This document shows positions 26,305 to 40,307 of a stretch of DNA of 64,000 bases, piece after piece. The notes beneath the pieces are model-generated. The model did no database searches. It was not told the origin of the DNA and saw only the letters and a program-made list of their open reading frames with translations. This DNA is from Utricularia gibba (taxonomy: Eukaryota > Plantae > Magnoliophyta). The stretch lies in contig NEEC01000014.1 of the NCBI GenBank assembly GCA_002189035.1, positions 2,108,001 through 2,172,000 on the forward strand, given 5' to 3'. The position numbers and the translations under genes are program-made. The first letter of the stretch is position 1. Each line of letters opens with the position of its first letter.

Positions 26305-27948
26305 TGGGACCCCTTCTTTCTAGAGCTGGAGAGCTGGTTGTAGAAGCCATACGCGCAGGAAGTATATATAGCAGCAAATAGGCGATTCTCTGCATTTGTT
26401 TGGTTAGTAAGAACCGACAGAAGACTTAAATGTCATCACATGAGGTTAGGTTCAGCTGATTGCGACAGAATGAGACTAACCAAATAAAGAAGATACACAG
26501 GGAAGGAATTACAAGAGTTTAGCTCCAACATTTTAGCTAATGGCCATGTCTATTGGTCTAATCAGGCCCCCACTGTTTTTTCTATTTTTTTTCTTTGCAG
26601 GGAGGGCAAAGGATAAAGCTGAGGTAGGGAGCCCCAAAAGGGAAATAACCCCACCACTAAGCTTTATGGCGTTTGCATCCACCTCATGCTTAGAGTTACC
26701 AATGTATCTCACTGGAGTAAACTCGGATGTTGACCCAGAGCTTCTGTACATCAACTGCCATAAAAGATTCCCCCGAACCAGTAACTAGCAACTCATATCC
26801 TCTTCCAGAACTCGCCTTCAGCTCTGTAAGATGGGATCAAGTTGAAGTCTTGCAGATGAATTGAGAAAGCAAGTATACATGCATACAGATGTAGGTGGTA
26901 GTTGAAAAGCATGTCATTTGATGCTTAGAGACACAGGCTGTTGAGTTTGAAGTATGAATCCCGTTGGTGCAATGAAGGAAGAAATATTTTTATGCACAGT
27001 CACAAGGTTCCAGCACAATACTACCAACAAATCAGTGACATCACAACGTATTGTAAAAGATTCCAAACACAGTATTTGCTTTCTATTCACCAACTCCAGC
27101 AAAATGCAATTAATTTTGAGGAGGAAAGATGATAAATTTGCATGTGCACCACCTACAAAGTTTTGATATAAAGATCAGATTATTAAGGCTGAAAATGAAA
27201 TCCCAACTAATACTTGTGTCAACTGCCACATGTAGCCACCAACAAAGCCCTCATCATTGGCAACAAAAACTATGCTTTATTCCCTAACAACTATCTGATT
27301 ATCATTCCACATTCCTCAAATAGCATTTATAGAAAGATCCATAGGCCCGGGGTGTTAGAAACATTTTTTGACACAAATGTGGAGAACCCATATAGCTAAA
27401 ATGTGAAAATTCCAGTTCCTATGGATCGATGGGGTATGTTTGAAACCCAAACTTATACAAAAAAGTTGCAATGCAAACACGACCAACGACAAGATCCTAC
27501 TCTCTTTCTCAAGTCCAGACGACCAGCAAGAAGATAATTAATATCTGGGTAAACATTAAAAATTTGCAATGCAATCCAGTCTGGCGGAGAAGCGCAATGA
27601 ACCGTAAGAGCGGTGGGAATTAAAGACATACCTTTAGTTGGTGGGACAGTTGAGTCCCGCAAAAGCCTCTTGTGCTGCAGCTTAGTAAGTTTGTTTAATG
27701 TTAACTTATTTAAACTGTATCTACTGTAAAACTTTCTTGAGAATTCGCGAAGAAAAACACCTAACTTTCTGAGCATAAACTGGGCTTCTCTCACTACATT
27801 TATCAGGGAAATGTATGCTACCAATGATTGGTTTCCGTAAAATCAAAATGAAAAACCAGCTGTCTTTTGCAGCAAAAGATGGAAGCAACCTACTCAGAGA
27901 TACAGCGTACGATAATTGGCTCCATGCAAATTGCCTTCTCTCAAAGCT

Positions 27949-30021
27949 TCAGCTCCCATGAATCGTATAGCGTTCCTGCTGGATCGTAAATCTGCTTGGG
28001 CGAGCAGAAAAGAGTAGAAGAGACTCTTTTAGTGGTCTGATGAACGAGATAAGAAGCTGATTTCCCATTAGAAAAAACGAGCATACCTCCCACATAGGAA
28101 CTGGAAAAATGTGTTTTTTCTTCTCATTACCAGTGTCTCTCGAAGACCTTTCCAGCATGCGACTGTTATAAACAATAAACAAACAACGATTTTTGATTGG
28201 GAACAATGCAGCATCTAAATGATAAGATACCAATTGATAAACTCACTGTCCTGACCTCATCTTTCTCTATTGCAGCATCACCCTAAACCCATTGTTCGAA
28301 CACCCTTAGAAACATCGACTGAAAAAGCTAATTCAAATGAAAGTGGGATTATCATGTCAATCAGTAATTCCAAGATAAATATGAATGAAGCAAAGTACAT
28401 TTCTAAAAGTGAATGGAAGTAAATGGAGGTTGAATGACTTCGGTGAGCCTTAGAAAAGGACATAGCGCCCCACTTTTACCTCCGGCTTTGTTTACCATTG
28501 CCTCATAGAAGCTGTGTTGCTGCAATTGATGGAGAAAAACAATCACATTATAAACAGAGTTACTTAACTAATCACTATGCACATTGTTCCTAAAGGAGAA
28601 AATCAAAAATAAATTCTACACGAAGGCAAAAGGGTGGGACGTAGACAATCGGATTCACTTTAATAATATCAAATGAAAACTTGAATTTGAGTTGGAGGAA
28701 GTCCGTACTTCTTCAAATTCACATGCAATCCCAACATGGTGATGACTTCAGAGAAGTCCCTCCGATGGTCGATTATCAGGGAGTATAAAAGAACAAAACT
28801 ATCATTGCAACATAACGTATTGGTAATTGTTTCTTTGGATCTCTCGTTTCATTCTTTTTGTGTAACTAAATAGAATCAATTCTGGTATTTGAAGTGCATT
28901 TTCCATTGTTTATATGGTTGAGTCGAGTTTGCGTGACACATCCAACAAACTCATGCCACAAGCCTTGCAATCAAATAGTAAATGCAGAAGCATCAAATAT
29001 TCTCAGAAGCAGGGTATGCATATAAATTAAAAGTACATATGGATGGCAATTCACATGTTTGAATAATGATGAGTGTTCTAGCATGTCATACAGAGGGATA
29101 TACGAGATGCAGGAGCAAAGATGGGAGCGCTGAGCCTAACCATCAGTATGAATCTTCTCTGCACTTCGGGTCCTCAGGGTGCCGTTGAAATCAGCTGTAA
29201 CACCGGACAGTTGAGATAATCCTCCCCCGCCCATCTTCTTGTTGAAAAACAATCCACCAGGCAGAGGTGTAACACAGGACAGTTGAGTGCACTGTTTTCC
29301 TCGCCATCCTATCCGAGAATAAAAGAAGAGTGTCTGCCTTAACTTTCCACTTTTTCAATTTCTTCAACTGAAGCTCCTCTTCCCCGAAAATAGAAGTCCA
29401 GCGACGCTGCAAGGTAAAACAAAACAATCAAATTTGTTGCCAATATAAACCAAAAAACGCTCAATGTTGCCGCAATTGCAGGAGCTTTTTTTTCTCTTTC
29501 TCCTCAACCCTTGTAATAATATTCGCTCTCTGACAGAATAAAACCCTTGTGAGACTACGCGTATTGAAAAAGAAAAATTTGGGCAAACTGAGCCAGCAAA
29601 GGCAATAGCACATCATACCTTCTCAACGTATCTGGTCACCAACCCCACAGATTCCTTGTTGAAAGCGATCTATAACTAGCAAAGAACATCAATCAAAACA
29701 CCTGCCCGGTAATAAAAGAACTAGATTGCGGCATCAGTTCACCTAAAGGAACAGCAAATAACAGATTAACTAATTTCGTCAGTATCATACTCACCACAAG
29801 GAAAAGAGTTCGCAGGAATAATAGTTTTGAAAATGCATTCTCTAAATCCCTCGAACAGAGACGACAACTTCATAGAAAAAAAAAAATGATGGAATACCTT
29901 GGATGTGCTGGAGCCGAATTGAAGGAGAACAACTTGCCCTATTGACGATGCGATTTTGTTCTTGATTTCTTGAATTTTCCGCCACTGGATGCCCACGCAA
30001 TCGATCCCCCATGGCGGCCAT
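27949..30021 (-). pseudogene. XCT: XAP5 CIRCADIAN TIMEKEEPER (XCT/FAM50) pseudogene
   Basis: Collinear decayed exons: MAAMGD, RKIQEIKNKIASSIGQVVLLQFGSSTS, AFNKESVGLVTRYVEK, EFEEVRTSS, QHSFYEAMVNKAGGKSG, DAAIEKDE, HAGKVFERHW*, KHIFPVPMWE, ERYTIHGS*. Multiple frameshifts, deletions and stops. Confidence 0.88.
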
Positions 30022-30343
30022 GACTACACTTCGGATTTCCCGTTGATCGAAAAGAATGAGAAATCGATAGGGTTCCCAACAACCGAATTTGGGGAAGTTC
30101 AGTAATTTCATACGGTAATAATTAATATTAACCACAGTTTATTTTTCAATTATCATGTAGTAATTCAATTAAATTTCTTAAAAGATAGGGCGCGTGTCCT
30201 GGACGTTCCACTTTAGGGGACGTGGACACTGTTGGAGTTTAGCTGGATATGATATGTAACGCCACATAAATTAGCGCAATGCGCTCTGATCTCTGGATTT
30301 CCGATAGATCATCTTACTCCGGCACCGTAGAATTATCCCAGAC

Positions 30344-32192
<1,849 letters not shown>

Positions 32193-32444
32193 TTTTTGTG
32201 TTCAATTCAAATGCTTCACAAAAAGTATAAATTACGACGAAGTTCTATGGTTCCTAGCGCATCATCTACGCACCATCCGGGTGGCAATTACTGCAATAAT
32301 GTGCAACTCCTGTGCGTAAATAAGGTTTCTTTATTATAGCACTCTGGCGGGTGCTTTTGTTTCTGGCTTCTGTTTCATTACATGTTGGTGAACAATGTTT
32401 CTATCCAGAGAAGACTTTGAGGTCCTATTGCTATCAACTACATT

Positions 32445-32704
32445 TCATGCTAACCAACTCTCCCTCAGCCGGGCGTCACCATGAACATGACAGCCGTCCG
32501 GAGCTACAGCAGCCTGATGGCAATCAGCAAGAGCAGTGGTGCAGCCATCAGCATCCACCCCATCCGCTCCTGCACGTCCTCCACGACATCGCCGAAAGAA
32601 ATGAACCACCGGAGACCCAGGAAGAGGAAGACCACTGCAAGGGCAAGCACCACTTGAAACGGAACGGGGCTGGTAGAGGAGTCACCTATTCCTCCATGAA
32701 CCAT
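32445..32704 (-). pseudogene. Small transmembrane protein (At5g19875/At2g21180-like family), truncated
   Basis: MVHGG...PFQVVLALAVVFLFLGLRWFISF...WMLMAAPLLLLIAIRLL then TAG at 32504-32506. A remnant of the family C-terminal TM/W motif (AVMFMV, frameshift, RLRESWLA*) follows. Confidence 0.6.
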
Positions 32705-34133
32705 CCTTACTGGTTGCTTTCCGTGATCACTTCTTCCTCCTCTTAGTTTTGCTCCCTCGTGGACCGGCGATGCCCGTGGCAGTTAAGTTAGATGACCTAA
32801 CCAACCAACAACGCGTGCACGCCTAGGGATTTCCTGCGGCTGATTTGGCAATGTACCGGTGCCGGTGGAAACTACTTTGGTGGATGCGTCCGTACTCTTG
32901 GCAAAGCACCGGAACCTCTCGTCCAGTTTTTAAATATATAATTGAAAAAACACAATCATGCTCTGAAATCTACTATAAACTATACATTAAAAATATCAGA
33001 AAAATAGATATAGTAAATATATGCATATTGACATTAAAATTTACTTCAAAAGCATATAAACCAATGTATTAGAATATAATACCATCTAAATTATATACAT
33101 ATAATTCTGTAATATAATTATTGCAGTTTATAGTCATGGATGTCCAAGTTTTGAAGGAAATGAGGAATTTTTTTTACCATTAATTAATATGATTTTATAA
33201 ATAGAAGAATAAAATATCGTGAACATATTTTTTAAAATTAAATATAATATTTCTCTTTAATTAAATTTCTAATTTAATAACGCTTTACTGACTTCCAAGT
33301 CGGAGGGAATTAGAAATAAGTTTTTTTTTTAAACTAGTAATGATACACATTGTAGAATGCATTTGAGGTTGTTTTAAGAATTTCCATAATGACACGTGTA
33401 ATTAGCAGGATTCTCGTGGTTACCGAAGAGGCCTGCTTCTGCCAACCGAACAAAATTGAAGTTCCCCGCGGAGCATTTGGTTTCCGCTGGCGAGCTCGTG
33501 TTCCAAGGCTCTTTCTCTCTGGCCTGCCTTTTCATTTGCCAGGTTCACTCTACTGGGACTCTACGCCAACGAATCTTTTACTCTTCCTATTCGCGCTTTA
33601 TCACGCTCACGCAGTGATCGAGGACCTCTTCTTCGTGAATCGAACGTTGCATGTCGTGGGAGCCAATCGGCTTCGGTATTCGAGATAGCCGGTGATTTCA
33701 ATCGTTTTGATGTGGATCATTCTGCATTCGGTCATCGGGCTGTTTTGGCGTTGAGTTTCTTTCGACTCTTTTGGGGGATTGGTCGTCGATCGGAGTAGAG
33801 TGTGATCATGTAAGTGTGCAGTATCGACCTGTTTCCTATCGTATGTGATTTGAGATGATTCTTGGATTTCAGTCATGTGTCAATATGTGGATTCTTGATT
33901 CTGCAAAATGCGTTTCATTCCGTATCTTGCTTGGGAACGAATTGCTTTCCTATTAGTCTATTTTGTCCCAATAATGATATCATTGCGCTTGTGCCTAATC
34001 TGTTGCAATAAAATTGAGATTTCTTCTTGTGGAATTTGTTTTGTTTACTTAGTTCTGAATTTGGAGATGTTTCAGATAGCGCAGTTTCTTGGTCAGTATT
34101 GTGCCGCCATTCTTGAGCTTAGTAGTCGGAAGA

Positions 34134-36190
34134 ATGTTTACAGTCGCAGCAGATACGTCAGAGAATGGTTCTCCTACAAACGAAGAAGAATCCAAGAGAC
34201 TCGAAGAATTAGAGTTTGATTTCTCGAGGTTGCTCGAACGACCTAGACAATTGAACTTGGATAGGAAGATATCACTTGATGAAAGATCACTTTCTGACTT
34301 TCCAATGGGGTGTTCTCCATATCCACTATCTCGAGGAGATAACTTCAACCGAGACACTTTCGATGCAGTATTTTCTCCTAATAAACGCTCAGGAATGAAC
34401 ACTCCCATGTCACAGAATGGGATCAACGAGCCTAATCCCATGATTGCGGAGGGTTGGGATCAATTAAGGCGGTCATTGGTAAATTTCCGTGGCCAGCCAG
34501 TTGGAACAATTGCTGCATTAGACAGCGCAGAAGAAAAAGCCAACTATGATCAGGTGAATGAATTAAGGCTTGTTCGGGTGATACCTGAAATATCTTTTAG
34601 TTGAAAAAGTTAAATCATTTCAAAGTACATTTATTGGGAGCATTGATTTGCTAAGGTATTTTTCATTGTTTCTTCTCAAATTTTCCACTTAGGTCTTTGT
34701 TCGGGATTTTGTGCCAAGTGCTCTGGCATTTCTGATTAATGGAGAGCCTGAAGTTGTAAGGAATTTCCTCATCAAAACACTCCGCCTCCAGTCTTGGGAA
34801 AAGAAAGTTGATAGATTTCAGCTTGGGGAAGGTGTCATGCCTGCTAGCTTCAAAGTTTTACATGATGCAAGGAGGAATACTGATACATTGATGGCTGATT
34901 TTGGAGAGAGTGCAATTGGAAGGGTGGCTCCAGTCGACTCCGGATTTTGGTGGATTATACTTTTACGTGCATATACAAAGTCTACCAGGGACACTTCCTT
35001 GGCTGAGAAGCCCGAGTGCCAAAAGGGCATCAGATTGATACTTAGTTTATGCCTTGCTGAGGGTTATGATACCTTCCCGACTCTACTTTGTGCTGATGGC
35101 TGCTGTATGATCGATCGCAGAATGGTGAGGTTCATGCTTTGCTACTACATTAGGCTCTCATTGCTTGTCATTTTTCCCTGTTTACTTTTTTGCGATGCAA
35201 TTTATTCCATCCTAAATGTTGTTGCTGCATGACCAACACAGGGTGTGTATGGATACCCCATTGAGATACAAGCACTTTTCTTCATGGCTTTAAGGTGTGC
35301 ATTGCTTCTATTGAAACCCGATGGTCCTGGGAAGGAATTTATAGAGCGAATCATCGGACGTCTTCATGCTTTGAGCTATCATATGAGAAGCTATTTTTGG
35401 TTGGACAGGAAGCAGCTTAACGATATATACCGTTACAAGACTGAGGAGTATTCCCATACAGCAGTTAACAAGTTTAATGTCATGCCTGATTCTCTACCCG
35501 AGTGGATTTTTGACTTTATGCCTTTGAATGGTGGATACTTCATCGGAAATGTCGGGCCATCCAATATGGATTTCCGCTGGTTTTGCTTAGGAAATTGCAT
35601 TGCCATTCTTTCCTCCTTGGCTACAAGTGAGCAGGCTGCTGCTATAATGGATCTCATTGAGTCCCGTTGGGAAGAGCTGGTTGGAGATATGCCCCTCAAA
35701 GTTACTTATCCAGCCATCGAGAGCCATGAATGGAAAATTGTGACAGGATGCGATCCAAAGAACACAAGATGGAGCTACCACAATGGTGGATCATGGCCAG
35801 GTGGGTACTCATCTTCCTTTTTCACTCCAATCCTAAGCTCAGCATCCTATAACGTGAACACATTATGTGACCTGCGATCTGAAACTTTTTGCAGTGCTCT
35901 TATGGCTGCTCACAGCAGCGTGCATCAAGACTGGGCGTCCCCAGATCGCTAGGCGGGCCATCGAGCTTGCCGAAACACGACTGTCGAAAGATGGCTGGCC
36001 TGAATACTACGACGGAAAGAAAGGCCGGTACATCGGTAAGCAGGCACGGAAACTCCAAACATGGTCCATCTCCGGTTATCTAGTGGCGAAGATGATGCTC
36101 GAAGACCCTTCCCATCTGGGCATGATTTCAATCGAGGAAGACAGGCAAGTGAAGCCCGTGCTGAAGCGATCGTCCTCATGGACCTTCTGA
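34134..36190 (+). CDS. Cytosolic alkaline/neutral invertase (GH100, CINV2-like)
   Basis: Exons 34134-34553, 34693-35124, 35242-35800, 35895-36190. Motifs [56 protein letters not shown]. Confidence 0.95.
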
Positions 36191-37441
36191 TCTTATGAGT
36201 ACCGAAGCTCTTGTCCCTCCATATTCTTTCAATCTCTCAAAGAACTGATGTAACTAGGGAAAGAAACTAAGGGGATAATTCTTCAGCATCTTGTCGTGCT
36301 TCTTTGCCTCTGGTTCATCCTACTAGGCTAATAAAAGTCCTAACTAATTGATTGAAATTAAATGAATACATGGTTTTGGATTGTCGGTTAACTGGTTTTA
36401 ATTCAGTTCCCATTTGGAACTCGAATTTTTATAGTAAATATTTCCTATTTTATTAATTATTCAAACTTTTCTAATGGGCTGAGCCCATGTGCAAGACGGC
36501 CAAGTATTTTATAATATTTATAGTAATTTTAAATAACTTGTAATTAATATTATATTAAATAAAACAACTTTTAAGATTTTAATCAGTTTTCATATTTTAA
36601 TAATAGATTAAATTATCATAAAATTTAATAAAAGGACATAAATATATTTTTAAGATGAAAATAAATATTTAATAACAATTCGAGATATTTAATAATTCAA
36701 ATGAATATCAACACTAAATGTATATTTAAAATATACAAAAATTAAATAACCCACTAGAAAAGGTTACACACACACCACACATCCAATCCAATGTTCTAAC
36801 GCGTCAGGAAAATGGCATCCCTTCCACTATTGCTTGCTATTCAGGTCTCCTTTTCTTTTAGAAAGTGCCGAAAGGTATCATCTAAAGCCCCAGGCCCATT
36901 TGGTACGAGCTCGACTGTGCTTTCGTCCACTTAGGTAATGAGCGGGACCACGCTGAAGAGGCTTCCAGGGAGGATACAGCTGGTGAACAGACCTTCAGAA
37001 CCCCGACCCGAATGGTAGATGAGTGCTGCAATTTTCAATGAAGTTGGTAGTCGCATTTGCATGCAGCATCGAAAACCTTGCTGCAAGTGCAGTAGAATTT
37101 GCTGACGTTTGATTCACCATATAAAGCGGATCCATTACGTTCTCTTGTTGCCATGAATCTTATTGCGTCCGTTTGTTCGCCACTTCGAAACCTGATTTTC
37201 ACTTTAATGGAGGAATGAAGGCATTTTTACAAGTGGGGTTGAGATTGACCCGGCAGGCGGGCAGTCTCTTCTCTGGCAAAACCATTAATTCCTCTTCCAT
37301 TTGCATGCATGCCCTTTACTCACACCGTTGATTCTTTGAATGTGCTGATGAGTTGGATTGATGGACTCTTCTTCCGGGCCCATCTATAAGTAGCCCCTCT
37401 GATCTCCCATCTCTTCAATTCATTTGATCCCGAAGTTATCA

Positions 37442-37795
37442 ATGGCTGCTGTTTCAAGGTGTGTTATTGGTTCAGCCGTTCTCCTTATGGTGATTCTCTG
37501 TGCAGTTTGTGATGAGAATGTGCCACTGGGTAATAAATGTCAAACCTCTGTTTCTCTAATTTTCTTAGAATTTTGTGTTTTCTGAGTTATGCTGAATCAT
37601 GGTGTTGTTTCAGACTGTGGAGCTGCTTGCTCAACCAGATGCAGCTTAGCAGGGAGACCCAATCTCTGCAAAAGGGCATGTGGGACTTGCTGTGCAAAAT
37701 GCAACTGTGTACCGCCAGGCACCTATGGGAACTACGAAGCCTGCCCCTGCTACGCCAATCTCACTACCCATGGTGAGCAACGCAAATGCCCTTGA
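37442..37795 (+). CDS. GASA/Snakin cysteine-rich peptide
   Basis: Exon 37442-37529 (signal peptide) and exon 37614-37795, which carries all 12 Cys and ends in KCP. Confidence 0.92.
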
Positions 37796-38037
37796 ATCGA
37801 AAGCCATTTGGTGTGGCTTGTAAAGTTTTTCTCAGCTTCTTTGCTTTGGAACTGTAAGCAAAATCAATGTACTGTGTCTTCTAAAGAGATGAACAAGCAA
37901 TTGGAGAGCAAAACTGCCTATGAATCACTGTAGTGTGTGGTGAGAAGGAAGAAGCATATTACAGTGCAAGCCAACTAATTTATTCTGGTAGCTGTTACGT
38001 TTAAACACAGTAAAAGACAAGAACATTTTCAGACCTT

Positions 38038-39076
38038 CTAGGGGGGCGACTGCTGAAAGGCAGTGGAGGATGAAGAAGTGATTTGCTCATGCACCACGGA
38101 GTTTATAGAAACTGTAATGGCGTTGGCTTCAAGTTGCAGCATTATGCTTTCCAGTATTTCTACTAGGAGCTTCTTGAAATCCTCTTCACTTAGAGTCTCA
38201 CGATCCCCAGAAAGAAAAGCTTTCACAGTATCCTTCATAATTTTGTCCATCTGCAAAAACAACTCTTCCAGTGAAAAGTGCCACTCCCATTTTCAAGATT
38301 CACTGAGACTAATGGATCGTTGCATCCATATCCATAAGTAGTACCTGTGAGTCAAGGCCAAGAGGCGGTAAGCCGGCCGAAACAGCCAAGAATTCGAGAG
38401 CATCAGTGAAGTGTTCTTCTGATATTCTGCCATTTTCATCTCTTGGGACACTTTTGGAAGCAGAATACAGCATCTGGAATTCAGTGAAAACACAAGAGAA
38501 TCAAAGCCTGTAAGGGAGATTAAAAAATGATGGAAACTATGATGTATTCAAGGTCACAAGCCTTGTCCAACTCAAATTTGCTAGATAAGAATCTTTTAAT
38601 GCCACTCCCATCAAAGGTAGTATTGCTATGTGCAACAATAGCTGGTTGCTCCTTGAGGTGCTCAGCCACGCACTCCGCAGCTCTTTTGAATTCAGGCAAG
38701 AAGGTTTCTAGAGATACAGGTAGCAAAACAGCATCTCCGAGCCACACTAATGCCGGTTCAAAAATGCTACTCATGACCTTCAATGGAATATCAAACTCAG
38801 ATCTTTGTGCATCACCTTTCAGACTAAAAAAACAGGATGTAAAAACTATGATAAGGAGCTTGCCCATGGATCTTTTGCAGGGGGCATCCCCTGATCAACA
38901 GTGAGTTTTTCAAAAGCAGCAATGATGTAATCTTTGAGCGAACCACTGGATATCTCAATCTTGGACAAAATGATGGCAATATCTCGCTCATAAGACTGGC
39001 TGTTAACAAATGCGCGAAGATCCTCTCCATCAATACGAAGAATCACAATAGGATCACGTTTTAAGCCAGAAGCCAT
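38038..39076 (-). CDS. SCS: SnRK2-interacting calcium sensor (SCS)-like; only the short C-terminal ORF (about 256 aa) is intact
   Basis: Exons 39076-38864, 38777-38562, 38473-38345, 38250-38038: MASGLKRDPIVILRIDGEDL...GMPP..DPW|VM...EQPAIVAHSNTTFDGSGIKR...AGLPPLG...ILESIMLQLE..NSVVHE. Two of the introns need GC donors. Confidence 0.85.
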
Positions 39077-40307
39077 GGCAAAGATGAATTTGGGAACAGC
39101 ACTTCAAATCTAGTGTTGCCTTGTGTTTTTCATCCAAAAATTCATGAACAACCTGGGCCACAAACTATCACAAGTAAATAACTCAATGGCCAATAGAAAC
39201 CCATACTGGTAAAGCAGAAATTACAGTTCAAGCTAAGAATCAACTCAACACTAAGATGACACAGGAAACCATTTAAAGGGCCAGCAAGAAAGCTTAATCA
39301 AATTGCTGCAATATAGGTGGAACATCAAAAGAGCCCTGGAACACAGTCCAAAGCAGCATTTATACAAACACGAAGCTCTATGATAAATAAAGCAACAACC
39401 TGAGTCAATGTCATATCCTAGCGTTGGATGAAAGTTTTCTCATTCTCAACCAAACCCATCATTTTTCAACCTCAAATCACAAAGTTTCAATCACTGCAAG
39501 TAGCAGCAATAAAGATTGCTCTTTTTTTCTCTCACGTGATTCTCGGCTTCTGGGTGCAACTATTTTCTTCCGTTTTTGCAGTGCCTATCAGATGGTTGAT
39601 CTCCCCATCACCACTCACTAGTTCCGGGTACTGCACTTTTTCGCAAATTATTCATTCGTAGTGTCGTATTCAAAGGAGCATCCTCGCGGCACGTGTAACG
39701 GTAGCCATAAAGTCAAATACATCTTATCAATTTCGACGGCTCTGATTTCATCAACGTGGCGTCCATTGAGCACCCGGGTCCCAGATCAAAGATTTTCTTG
39801 AAGAACAATCCAATAAATAGTTAATGCCACATGACGCCCAAAATCAGTCAAAAGCCCACAAGACGCCTACTTGAAGCCTTGTAGGTGACGGATTTTCTTC
39901 TTTTTTCTGCTTATTTAAAAATTAATTCTAGAAATTAAAATTATAATGATTATAATTTTGCAAAATTGGAATTCTAAAAAATGAATACAAAAAACTGTTA
40001 TGCGTCATACAGTTAATTCATTCAAATTTTACAATTTTTCTTAGAGATATAATTAGAATGATTTAGATAATTAATTTCGAATTCATATTAAATAAGATAA
40101 TTTGCGTTCCTAAATTGGGCTTTTACTGGAGTCTCTATTGTTTGGTCGAATGCCCAATTCGTTAATGGGCTGGGCTTGGGACTGACCTCACTGTTTTAAA
40201 AAGTGTCCCTACATTTGGTGCTCTGAAAAGCCCTAACGAGAAACACCTTCTCCCGCCGTCTAATTGCATCCGACGACTAACCGGGACCGTTGAGAGGCTT
40301 TGCCGTC

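Noticed and set aside
29066-29135. ATGATGA...CTGA pair resembling a C/D-box snoRNA
   Set aside because: No terminal stem or rRNA-complementary guide recognised, and it is antisense to the host pseudogene intron.
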